In this document: positions 40,101 to 52,217 of the stretch, piece after piece | Position numbering within the stretch: the first letter of the stretch is position 1 | Layout: each line of letters begins with the position of its first letter | Origin: Bugula neritina | Taxonomy: Eukaryota; Animalia; Bryozoa | Direction: 5' to 3' | DNA length: 64,000 nt | Assembly: GCA_964035545.1 (NCBI GenBank) | Contig: OZ037772.1 | Span: 2,170,001-2,234,000 of the forward strand | Program-made: the position numbers and the translations under genes | The notes under the pieces: model-generated | Databases searched by the model: none | The model's input: the letters and a program-made list of their open reading frames with translations, nothing else | What the model was told of the DNA's origin: nothing

Positions 40101-43100
40101 CTTTCTCGTAACTCACAAGACAAATCACTCAAAGATGCCAAGTCATGGGATGCTACTGTCTCCTCTGTATACATAAAATCACACAATTAATAAAAGCATT
40201 TTTAGATATGATATTGTACTTATTCTACACCTACTACCTGTAACTACAGGTTGATGGTGTATCACTATACACATACTATGTAATTACTAGACAGTTGGAC
40301 TTGGACTAGAAAGATGTCATTGATATTCACTGCACTTGGAATGAAATAGTTGAAAAAATTAAAGCAGTTGCTCTCAACCTTGGGGAATTTCCCCTTCACA
40401 GGAAATTTGAGTTTTTTAGGGGTTTTCATTTCTAAAATTTCACAGAGTTTGTTACCAGCTTTTTGAGCTCTTGCCTTGTGTTCCAGGTTACATGAATATG
40501 TATAATTATAACTCCTTCATTTTATGTAATTCATTTATTTATCCACATTATACTCTACAATCTAAGTTTACTTCTACATCCATGTGTCTAATATTCACTC
40601 TACCCTAGCTGCTACCCCTCCTACTATGAATGGAGGCTAAAAGGTTTATTGAAAGTAAACACCAACAGCAAGTTTTTGCAGTCAGTCAAACTGATCTCCA
40701 TAAACTATTTACTGCATACCTAGTAGATATATTTGCTGTACTAAAACACCTGAAGCTAAATTGAATGAGTATAATTATCAACTCACTGCTTTTAATACCA
40801 GCATCAATGCTTTCAAAGCTAAACTGAAGTTGTGGCAGACACTGGTCCATGTCAAACACACTGGCCTTTTCCTACACTCAATGAATTATTAGGAAAACAA
40901 CCTGTCCAAGATTTTCTTTATAAATGAAATTACAATTTTATCAAAGAGGCGGAAACTCAAAAGAAAACATTTATAAAAAAGAGGGGATGGTATGAAGAAG
41001 GTGGGACACCACTGAGTTAAAGCTATGCCTATACCATCTTATCAAGGAAACAAACACTTGAAGGATGAAATATACTAAATATTCAACATAACAGTGAGAT
41101 TATAAACTCCTGCACCATCCACTTCTGTCTCACACAAACCTTAATGCTGACAAACTTACTTCCTCTTTTACTGTTACATAACTCACTTTAATAATAAAAT
41201 AATAAATAACAGGTTCTTGAAATATTTCTCAGTTTCTTCCTACAGAAATAGAAACAGCAAGTAAATACCTGTCTTATCCTTACAGCCAGTCCTCATATCA
41301 CATCTCATACAGAATATCTGGTGACACTTGGAACACACTTCTGTCAGCTGTTCCTCTTTATGATGTTCACATTCAGTTATAGTATATCTTTGGGGAGAAG
41401 CTCTGTAGACCTCAATGTCAATAAACTGATGTCTATCTCCCATCAGCTCTCTGTGATTCTGTATAATAAAGGTCAACAGTTTAGTTGGTTGTATTTTCAC
41501 CAACAAGTCTGTCATAGTTGACTCACTGCACTGTGAAACTGTGTGTTTAGTATAAAAAGTCACACAGACTCAACATTTCTTTTCAATAATATTCTACACA
41601 CAAACCAGAACTGGTTTAGTAACTAATCTTGAGAAATTATATAAGAAAGACTCACTTCTTGATGCTGCTGACACAATTTCTTTTGACTCTCAAGACAAAA
41701 CACAGCAGCTTGTGTTCCACCTTTACACACATCGCAGGGAATGGGTGCAGGTTTGGGTGGAGACTTGTATTCTAAGGGGTCTCCATGCTGAGCTACTGGT
41801 AGTGTTGTGGGATCTGTGATGTCATAGTGATCTTTCCTACAATATATAGCAATCAGTATGTTACCTGTGTTAGCTGTGCTTAGTATATCTCAAGTAATGA
41901 AATACTCCATCCACACACACAGCTATGTCCTTGACAAATACTCAAATAAATACTCATCACTCATCAACACACATTCATTATATAGACCACAGGCTATCAC
42001 ACAAACACACTTGACTATATTATGTACTAATATGCTGGAAAATAGTCACTCATGACAAAGAACTGCTACTCAACAAATAGACTCAACTGTAACTTGTAGA
42101 GTAAAATGACAAGACAAATTACTAGTTAACTACTGAGTGGAGGCCATATTGTCAATAATTATTCACTTTTGTTGCAAGTTTGTGCAATGCAACTAATTAC
42201 TGAGGAGTGAATTCTGAGGAGCCAATACTACAACATACCACAACTATTCCCTGCCGCTCTAACTGCTAGGAGTGGCGCGAAACTGTCATTTCATCATCCT
42301 TGGCAATGTGTCAAGAGCTAGTGCACTGTGAGTGCGTGTCACTGTGAGTTGCCTATCTCATGCAGCTATCATAAGAAGAGTGAGTCACAGGATAACTTGT
42401 ACTTAGTAATCCATTACTAGTAAGATGACACATACACATGTTAACTATCTTCAGTGTAGTACTACTATGTATGTGCAGCAGGTTGGGTCACAGTCTAAGT
42501 CAGAGGGGGGGGGGTTGGCATAATAGAGGCCCAAATCTTCAACACTATTCATGACTCAGTACAAAGTAACACTTAATTATACAACTGACTGATAGTAGAA
42601 GAAGTAATCAACTCATCAAAGCTAAAGTAGACACTATTATATTAGACACTCATTGACACCCCATAATATTATATTGTACCAAATACAATTGTGATGGCTA
42701 TCTAATAATCAATCAAAAGTTCAGCTCTGGATTTAACTAAATAGGTCACAGAATCACTGGATTCCTGTCTAAGGGACTGACTACTAATTGTCATAAGACC
42801 TGCTCTTTAGTCAAATAATTTCCCAGTGACTGCTTGGCCTTGTCAATGGCTATTACACTTTGGCAGCCCGGATGTTGGCCGAATTTTGAACAGCTAGTGG
42901 TAATAGTAGCAGCTGCTAGACTCCAGATCTATGAGTCTATCGCATTAGAACTAAAGCTATTGAGCAAACTGCCATTATAAAAGTACCTTTCTAAACATTA
43001 TATTAAAATAATATAATTCTACTCCTTACAGATTACACATAACCATGGACAATAACCAGACACTCCACTCTCACTACACAATCACTACATACTAGTAAAC

Positions 43101-44202
43101 TGTACTTTGTGCCACAGCAACTCTGTTGTCATGACAACATCATACATGTTTATAATCACAGGAAAGAAGATAAGAAACACAAGTCAATTCAACACAGTGG
43201 TTCCCAAACTGGGAGAATCCCCCTATAAGAGGGAATTTAGGCTTTTTAGGGGGAGCTGGGATTTTGATTTCAAAAATTTCAAGCAGTTTGTTGAAGACTT
43301 TGAGCCCTTGCAAGTTACATGTACGTGTATATCTATAGGCCTTCATCTTAGCTCATCTATTTAACCAATTCTGCAATCTCAGTCTACTTCTACATGAATG
43401 TGTTTTTAATTACATTTTCAATATTGGGGTTGGGGTTTAGGGGTTGGGGTGGGAGGTTTGAAAGCAAGCTGACACAATGTCATCAGCTGCAGCCATAATA
43501 TTAATAATTGAACTGCTCTGTGTTTTATACATGCATAATAATATAATTATCAGAAACAATTATATTATATTCAAATGTAAGAGAAGAATGTTGCATTGTT
43601 ATCTATATTATCATTATGACAGTCATAAAAATTCCCGATTGTCGAAAGGGAGGGGACTTAATAGTAAACATATATGAAAGTGGGAATGGTATGAAAAAGG
43701 TTGGGAATGATTGCTCTAACAAGTCTTGTACTGTATGAGAACAAAATAATATAATGAGGAGACAACCCCAATCCCATGACGTCTAACAGCACCACAATTC
43801 AACAAGAGAGGACAGCTGATGATGCAATCTACTTAACAGTTACTTTTTCTACCTAATGCAAAGATATCCACACACTCCACAAGTTAGTAACCAGAGTTCA
43901 CATAGAATATACAGTATTGTTTGCTTTTCATAGACACAGATCAGACAACTCCTAGATGATAGTGAGAAAATCATACGCAAGCCTATGACATGATATATCG
44001 TGTTATGTACTGTAACTCACCTACAATAAGCACATCTGATATGATCCTTCCTACCACCGATGTCAGTCTTCAAACATCTCATGCAGTACACATGCAGACA
44101 GGGCAGAGTTCTGGGATCTTCAAGTTTGTTGAAGTACTGCGAGCAGTACCCACAGCGATACGAATTGTTTAGTCTCTTTTTCACAACTCTGGATTCTGCC
44201 AT
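37105..44202 (-). CDS. TRIM-like E3 ligase (RING, two B-boxes, coiled coil, NHL-like beta-propeller), 7 coding exons, 621 aa
   Basis: Exons 44202-44021, 41836-41656, 41458-41269, 40164-39959, 39524-39245, 38851-38162 and 37241-37105 total 1866 nt, all GT-AG and in frame. RING CGYC..PRTLPCLHVYCMRC..CAYC; B-boxes CDVC..FCLES..LCQQH and CEHH..CSKC..FCMRC; blades PDPVCILPDSTLLIGD and PTGISFDP. Confidence 0.88.
37700..37835 (-). mobile_element. tRNA-derived SINE head
   Basis: A-box-like TAGTGTAGAGG and B-box GGTTCAAACCC on the - strand; no complete cloverleaf. Confidence 0.5.
39672..39750. repeat. Short hairpin (MITE core)
   Basis: CTGTCAATCACTCACACAG, a short loop, then CTGTGTGAGTGATTGACAG. Confidence 0.7.
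40365..41014 (+). mobile_element. hAT (Buster/Charlie-type) internal deletion derivative
   Basis: Termini CAGTTGCTCTCAACCTT...AAGGTGGGACACCACTG; 8-bp TSD AATTAAAG/AGTTAAAG; transposase relics AYLVDIF and INAFKAKLKLW. Confidence 0.75.
43195..43713 (+). mobile_element. hAT MITE of the same family
   Basis: Termini CAGTGGTTCCCAAACT...AGGTTGGGAATGATTG; shares sequence with 40365-41014 and 47210-48265. Confidence 0.7.
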
Positions 44203-44644
44203 CTTGGTTATATGATAAGGAAATCCTGTAAAAGATACACATACTCTTAGCATAATATTTCACACTACATCTGTGAAGGTTTCCAAATCAAAGACTTAAC
44301 CATTAACAATAAACCATACAAAATAAAGACATGAAAAATAATGTTAAACAAAGGCAGTTAATAAGACTGGTATACATGATAGTCAGCTACAACATGCTGA
44401 GCTCACAGCTTTAACTGTCTAACAAAGGCTGTATTGTTTCCATTGTAATCACTGAATAGGTTTTTGCTAATGACTCAAACTCCATATACAATAAATATGA
44501 AGCAATGCTGTGTGCTTCAGTGAACAATTTTATTCTACTTCTATTGAACACCACTAATCAATTGTTTCCAATATATAGAGGAGAAGTGAAACATGAATAC
44601 CAGTGAGTTAATTCATTTTAACATTTCTGCAGTGTTGGTGATGC

Positions 44645-45245
44645 ATGATTTGATTGATTGATTGATTTATTTATTACATATCACAAACATGACAACACGT
44701 TGCAAAATTCAGTGTAAATGCTGATTATAACATAACTAGGCATGAACAAAATTAAGAGAAAAAGTCAAAACTCTGTTAGACTATTTAAAATAAAAGCTCG
44801 TTTAAAGTATTTACAAGATGTCGCAAGAAGCTATCTCTGCCCCATGCCCCTCTATATTTGATAGTTCGATATCTTCCAGAGGGGCATTGACTCAGAAAGT
44901 TATTGATAAAATGGTCATTGTCTGCTATATATTTGATAGCAAGTTCTTTGGTGAGTTTCTGAATGTGCAAGTCAATGTTTAGATACTCAATCCCAAGTTT
45001 TGAGCAATCTTTGAAAATCCTTCAAATGGCTTTTTTATCACTGGCATAGATACAAGTAAAAATAGTAGGTAGACAATAGGCGATGCCGGACAAGATGAAA
45101 CTTTTGAATAACATATTTGCTAGAGGTTTAGAGCTAAGATATGCAAAACTCTTCACAATATACATTCTTCTTGATACTGTTGTAACTACTGATTGTACAT
45201 GTTCATGAAATCTCAAATTCTGATCCACTAACACACCAAGATATT
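44645..45245 (-). mobile_element. 5'-truncated LINE (CR1/L2/Rex-group) 3' end
   Basis: YLGVLVDQNLRFHEHV...LFKSFILSGIAYC post-RT motifs, followed by AATAAA and an (ATCA)n tail at ~44650-44675. Confidence 0.8.
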
Positions 45246-46585
45246 AATATGTTACTTAGATTCACTCTTCCACCAGCCAGGGAAAAAGCCATCAACTGCT
45301 AGTTTACTATTCTAATCATCTAATAGAAACTATGGTGGTGTGAAACATACTAATTTAACATGTTTGTGCTTCTGTTAGGTCAGATGTAGTTGTTTCATGA
45401 GTTGGCAGCTTCTACACTCATCTCTAGCCAATTATTTATTCTACACTCTTACCTAGCAAATGATTTATTAACACTAACCTCATATTTTTATGTTTACAAC
45501 AATAGTAGATCATATATATGTGGCTAACCTAGTCATATGAGTCAATATTGGGTGATAATCACCAAGATTATCATTATAAATAAATTTAATGATGGTAGGG
45601 GACCTGGCAGTAAAACCAACTGCAACACTAAATCTAATACTGATAGTTATAGTAGAGCAATAATAGTAACTTACACTTTGTAGTTATACTTATAGTAAAT
45701 GTAATGCAATGAGTAAAAATTACTAATACTAATTAGTAATTACTCATACAACAATACTAATACTAATAGTAATAGCAGTAATCCTAATAGGAGATGCAAT
45801 ATCAATACTAATTGTAATTACTAATAGAAATACTTAAAGTTAATACAAATATTTATATAAATAAAATAGTGCGAAACTGAAATACTTAGTCTCAATTCTT
45901 ATATAGTTATATCAACAGTAAATCGAATAGCAATACTAAGAGTAATCTAATAGTACATGTATTACTAATAGACTAATACTTATAGTACGTAATAGTAATC
46001 TGTAATCGTAGGCTACTACTACGTACTACTAGTACTACTACTAGTAGATCAATTTTTCAGTATTAAAACTTGAACCTAAACTTGAAGTCGATTAAATTTC
46101 TTATAATAATAATAAATTTGATATCATTAATACGATATTCATATTTATATTTTTCGATAAATCATTATAATTAATTAATTATTGATCATATGCCTATGGG
46201 CTATGGTATTACTATGTCTATTGTAAATTTCAAATCAAAGACTCAAAGAGAAACAATTATATTTAATTAACATTATAACATTAACTTTAACTCATAACAT
46301 TAACTGTAAGAATTTTAATTTATATAACTTATAATTTAAATATAACTTAGTCTTAAGCTTAATCTTATATTGATATTAAATAAGTTATAAGCCTAGACTT
46401 AAACCTAAAGCCTAAAGGCTAAAAGTAAAACTAAAACTAAATGTAAGAGTAAATCTAGAATTAAAATAGTAAAATACTAAATACTAATAGTAATAATAAA
46501 TACCAAAATAGTAAATCTAACTGCAAGTATTAAAGTACGGGTACCTGATTAATTTGAGAAATAATGAGATGACTCAAACTGTTCT

Positions 46586-46810
46586 CACCTCACGAGAGTC
46601 AATAGTGTCAGTCTGTAAACTGGTAAGAAACTTGGTAGCTAGTAACTGAGAAAAGGCACAATATCAATATGAATAAAACTAAAGTAACGAGGAAGTTCCA
46701 CGCGCAGAAGGATTATAACACGTCACTCAAGTACAAAGGTCGGCTCTATAATAATCACGTGAAAGAAATGTTGAGTTCAGTGAGCCGAGCGCTATATTTT
46801 AGCGTCGAAG
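46586..46810 (-). promoter_or_regulatory. Probable non-coding first exon and promoter of the TRIM gene
   Basis: GAG|GTGAGA donor at ~46585; locally CpG-richer patch with CACGTG and CACGCG. The ATG exon at 44225 has an acceptor, so an upstream exon is required. Confidence 0.4.
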
Positions 46811-47209
46811 AGAGACAACTCTAAGGTTGAAATCTGAACAATTATCCAGGGCACCAGGTGTGCATGTTTTTCAATTGAGCTATTTTAGAATATCTAATTC
46901 CGGTCCTGTATATTTTCAAATTACAAAAATACCGATAACATCTATGTCCTTTTTAGTAGCAAAATCTTTACAAGAGATTTGTCTCTTATTAGTCTACTTC
47001 GGTGTCAGCTAGCACTTGCATCTTTTTGTTTGTACTTTCATTATGTAAAATATTTTTTTTATAATGTTTGAGTTGAGCTGTTTAGTACTAGCATATTCAG
47101 CGACATCACTGAACATCTGATTAATCCTGAATTTTCTTAACTGGCAGGCTGCAATCAAGATGGCAGAGGGATGTGATGCTATGGTAGAGGTATGGTGGTT
47201 CCTCTAGCT

Positions 47210-48265
47210 CAGTGGTTCCAAACCTTTTACATACCATATCATCTCCCCTTCCATAACTGTTTACTATTAAATTCCCCTTTTTCTAAAAGCGCAATTTATG
47301 AATGATAGGCATAATATACAATAGAAGTCTATATTTGTTCTAGTATATTTGATTATAATATAAGATTATGATAATTATATTATGCATGTAAAAAGCACAG
47401 AGCAGTTCAATTATTAATACTATGGCTGCAGCTGGTGAATTTGTGCTGCAGCTTGCTTAAGTCTGACTTGGGTTTTGACAAGCTGTACATTGTAGGTCAC
47501 TTTGCAGGTCAAGGCAGTTTATTTGCTGATTCCTAACCATTAGCATATTAATTGAAGGAATCCTATCTTATACAAAAAGGTAGTGCTGAATGGCACTAAA
47601 ACTGTTAAAGTATTGTGAGCAATGTGTGGGTAGAGTTTGCTTGTGAAAACACAGAATTCATCAAATCATCCTTCACTGTAAACCAGCTCAATGACACTCT
47701 CATGTAACTCTCTTATGGAGGTAGCTCAGGGAAATACTGTCAAATAATGGTAAAAGTTCAAATATATTCGCAGAAATGCTTTTTGAAAGATATCTCTGAA
47801 ACAGGTTCTTTTTCTAATAATTTATTGAGTGTGAGGATAGTTGTATCATAGAATTATGTCAAGGTCACAACTTGAGTTCAGCTTTGAAAGGATTGATGCA
47901 GCTATAATGAAGAGTAAGGATGTGATGATTGCACTGGAACACAGGAAATATATCCACTATATGTATGCAGTGTGTATAGTTTATAGAAATGAGCTTGCAT
48001 TGCTGCTTAAACTTCCTGTTGGTTTTGCTTCCAATTCAAACTTCCGAACCTTCATTCGTAGTAGGAGGGGTAGCAGCTAGGGTAGAGTGAATATTAGACA
48101 CATGGATGTAGAAGTAAACTTAGATTGTAGAGTGTAGTGTGGATAAATATAAGAATTACATAATATGAAGGAGTTGTAGTTATACATATACAGTACATGT
48201 AATCTTGAAAACAAGGCAAGAGCTCAAAGAGCTGATAACAAACTGTGAAATTTTTAGAAAAAAAA
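47210..48265 (-). mobile_element. hAT deletion derivative, third copy (inverted)
   Basis: CAGTGGTTCCAAACCTT terminus; inverted matches to 40430-40830 and 43480-43700. Confidence 0.7.
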
Positions 48266-48391
48266 TCTTCATCACTTGAGAAGATCTGGTCTAGCTAAGC
48301 TAAGGTGAGGGGAGGTGAGAGAGTAACCCAGTTCCAGTGTATAATATTCATCATTATAGACTGACAAGAGCTTCTCATTTGTATGTTGATT

Positions 48392-48755
48392 AATATAACA
48401 TAATATACTGTATAACATAGTATATACTGTATAACATAATATACTGTATAACATAGTATACTGTATAACATAATATACTATATAACATAGTATACTGTAT
48501 GACATAGTATACTGTATAACATAATATACTGTATAACATAGTATACTGTATGACATAGTATACTGTATGACATAATATACTGTATAACATAGTATACTGT
48601 ATGACATAGTATACTGTATGACATAATATACTGTATGACATAGTATACTGTATAACATAATATGCTGTATAACATAGTATACTGTATAACATAGTATACT
48701 GTATAACATAGTATACTGTATAACATAGTATACTGTATAACATAGTATACTGTAT
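48392..48755. repeat. 17-bp minisatellite (ATACTGTATRACATART), ~21 copies
   Basis: Direct inspection. Confidence 0.95.
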
Positions 48756-51700
48756 CAGTATATCTATTCCTCTACTGGACATTTTAAGTCCTATCACGGC
48801 TCGACGGGAGTCAGTGAGTGGCAGTGATCACAAATGTTCACCTACTCTGGTGAGCTAATATGTACAGATTCGATTGGCTGCATGTGATAACCAATTCAAT
48901 TCGATTGGTTAAAAGACTGCTAGTAGCTTGAAGTACTAATAACAACTAGTGGTGGATATCAAGGGGGTTGATGCCTATACACATATTTTTAGCAGCAATA
49001 TGTATTCAAAAATACAATTTCTTAACTACATAGTTTATATACTTACATATCATAAAGATAATACTAAAATATTTTGGTTTAGATAAAATGTTTATAATAA
49101 ATTAAAATGCATTGATTTGAAAACAATCCACCCCTTGTAGACTTCGCACCAGCTTTTCACAATTACAACTATAATGAGCAAGTAAGAATTTAGTCTTACA
49201 AACTCAATTCAAAAATAGTTGTCCTCTCATTTTATGTTGCACCTCCTAAAATTACTTTTATATTCTAGGAAGTTATGTGCACTGATATAAATAGCCCAAA
49301 TACATATTACGTTGATATATAATGTTATTTATTTATAATTATCATATTATATATAACAATATATTTTTATTTTTATATACCAACGCAATATATTATATAT
49401 TATACTAAATTATATACATTTTATATGTTATAATTATGTATCATAACTATTATTTATATGTTTTGTATATTATATATATATTTATAATTAGATACAATTT
49501 TATTTATCAATATTGATTTAAGTATATGTTTTTGATATATTTTTCGATTGCGTTTTATCCATTATTTTTATCGTTTATTTATGTTGCGAGATGTACTCCT
49601 AAAAAGACGTAGCTTTGCATTGGGTTGATCAAACTTGTAAATAATCATTATTATAACTCGAAGTTCACTTCATGGGCAAATGGCGCATGTTCTTTAGGAG
49701 TTGTCTATTCGATACATGAAAAGTTTCGAAAAGTAAAGTGTTGTGATAAAAGTGAAAACGAAAATAGCTTTTCAAAAAACTTTTTGTCATTAAAAAATGA
49801 CTATAATATAAGCTCTATTAGTATTTGATTTGTCACAAAGAGGCCCAAATATTTTGTCAACCTATTCTCTTAAAAACTTGAATCATAGTATAGAAATATT
49901 TTATTTCGGGTTTTAAATATATTAATTGCAGGCATCCGCTACGCATAATAATACATCAGGACCCAATTTGAAAAATTGAAAATCCTTCTCATTCATGTAA
50001 TTTGTACCAGTTTTTCGCAAATAAATTAAATGAAGAGATGTTCTTGCCAATCATTAAAACTTAAATCAGGTGAGTGTTTATGGCATTCTTACTATTGGTG
50101 ACTCTGGTTTATGACTATTTAGTATAACTATATAATTATATTCAATAATTGATTAATTCATACTTATTAACTAACTTATAGTAGCAGTTATAGTTATAAC
50201 AATAATGAATAAATATAATATTAATAATATTAATAATAATACTATTAGTATTACTATTAGTATTACTATTAGTATTAAGTAATTAACTACAAGTATAAGT
50301 TATACTTATAGTAGAGGTATTAGTAATAGTATAAGTATTACTTTAGTCATTAGTGTTGTTCATATTCATATTGTAATTGTTATTACTGCTGCTACTAGTA
50401 CTAATACAGTAATAGTAATACTAATACTGTGATACTAATAGTAATACTAATTATACTAGTAGTCGTACCAGTATAAAATATAGTAACACTTATACTAATA
50501 GTAATAGTACAGGTAGTACCAATACTAATAGTAATAGTGATCAGTGATCACTAATACTAATAGTAATACTAATTATCTAATACTAGTAATAGTAGTAATA
50601 CTATTACATAATCGTAATGATAATCAAGTTTAAATTTTTAATAGTAATAGTATTACTATTACTATTAATATCAACAAGTTTCAACTTGATTATCATTACG
50701 ATTATGTATTACTATTACTATCAGTATTGGTAATCACTGTTAACAGTAGACGTAGTAGTACTTTTACTGGGTTTAGTATTAGTACCACTGCTAGCAGTAG
50801 TACTAGTACTAAGTGGTTAATGTTATTGATACTGCTATTTTGACTTTCTATTACTATTAGTATTCGACTTGCACTCACAGTTATTATATCTGTTACTCTT
50901 CAATTGCCTAAGTATTGTCATTACCAATCCTTTAAGCTATTGGTATTTTTATTATTATTAGTATTGATTTTAGATTTAGTTGCATAATTATTACTTAGAG
51001 TTCGTGCCACAAAATTAAATATCACAATAATCTATATATTACTACACCACAACTCCTAGTAACACTAACAGTATTTACATTTACTTAATGCTTGTAGTTG
51101 CACTGCTACCAGTCTTTGTAGGCTACTAGATATTAATTCTTGCTGTTGCTATTATTCTAAGTTAGCAAATTGGTAGCACTAGCGGTATAAGTATTACTTG
51201 TGTGTAGTATAACATGTATTTGCAATAAAATTAGAATAATTTAATTGCAATAATAATCATATTAACATTCTATAATCACTCAATTATAGAAGTTGAATGA
51301 AATTATAAATGATTCAATTTAATATAAAGATAGGCTGAGATATTTTGCAAATTATATAGGCTCTGTGATTTTTGTAAAGATACGATGTTTATTTTAGGTG
51401 TTGTGGCAGGTACGAAGCATAACAGACAAAGATAGTTTCAAGAATTTTGCTGAAATAACTGATGCAAATGTGAAAAAATGAAAAATAAATTCTTCGTTTG
51501 TATGAATTGCGATTGTAATTTTCAAGTTGTTAACATATACTATCAATTGTTATAATATGATGTTGTGCAAAATAAAGTATATTCTGCTAATAAAAGTATA
51601 TCTTGATATATTTATGCAACCTATGTACTTCTAAATAGTTTATATAGTATAGCATCAATAAAATGTGTATACAGACAACACCACGCTATAAACTGAGTTT

Positions 51701-51929
51701 GAGACTTTGAGTCATCTTTCTGTTCTGAGCATAACCTTGTAGCTGTTACATAATCATGTTAACAGTCTAATGCTTTTGCTCATGTAATATTATGCTACAT
51801 TATATACTATAATATACAGATATTATACTGAAATCACTAGATTGTAGCATCACATACTGGTGATGGTGCCTCAAACTGTTGGACAGACTTGCACCTGATT
51901 TCAATTATATGCAGTTTTTCAAATATAAT

Positions 51930-52217
51930 ATATAAGTTGGCAACTACATGATAGTAATATTATACTGAATACTGCAAGCCGCATGAATAGAACATTGATG
52001 GAGAATGAACAGCTTTTTGCACTTTTAATTTGGAGTTGTCTCACTATTACTTTCTTTCTAGAGATGATAGGTATATATACCATCATCTCCAGAAAGCAAG
52101 AAATAGTGAGACAACTCCAAATTAAAAGTGCAGAAAGCTGTTCATTCTCTATCAATCTTCTATTCAGTCGACTTGCAGTATTTTGTAAATTATTATAATG
52201 TAGTTGCCAACTTATAA
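51930..52217. mobile_element. Palindromic (foldback) MITE, ~290 bp
   Basis: TATAAGTTGGCAACTACAT...ATGTAGTTGCCAACTTATA, with arms pairing almost to the centre (GGTATATATACC). This produces the mirror-image ORFs on both strands. Confidence 0.8.

Noticed and set aside
45600-46520. TAATAG/TACTAA-rich tracts (also 14760-15240, 50100-50800, 63200-63750)
   Set aside because: Low-complexity AT-rich DNA with no defined unit or coding signal.
48390-48797. MLYSILCYTVYYVIQY ORFs
   Set aside because: Translations of the 17-bp minisatellite.
51919-52198. Pair of near-identical hydrophobic ORFs on opposite strands
   Set aside because: A consequence of the palindromic MITE.
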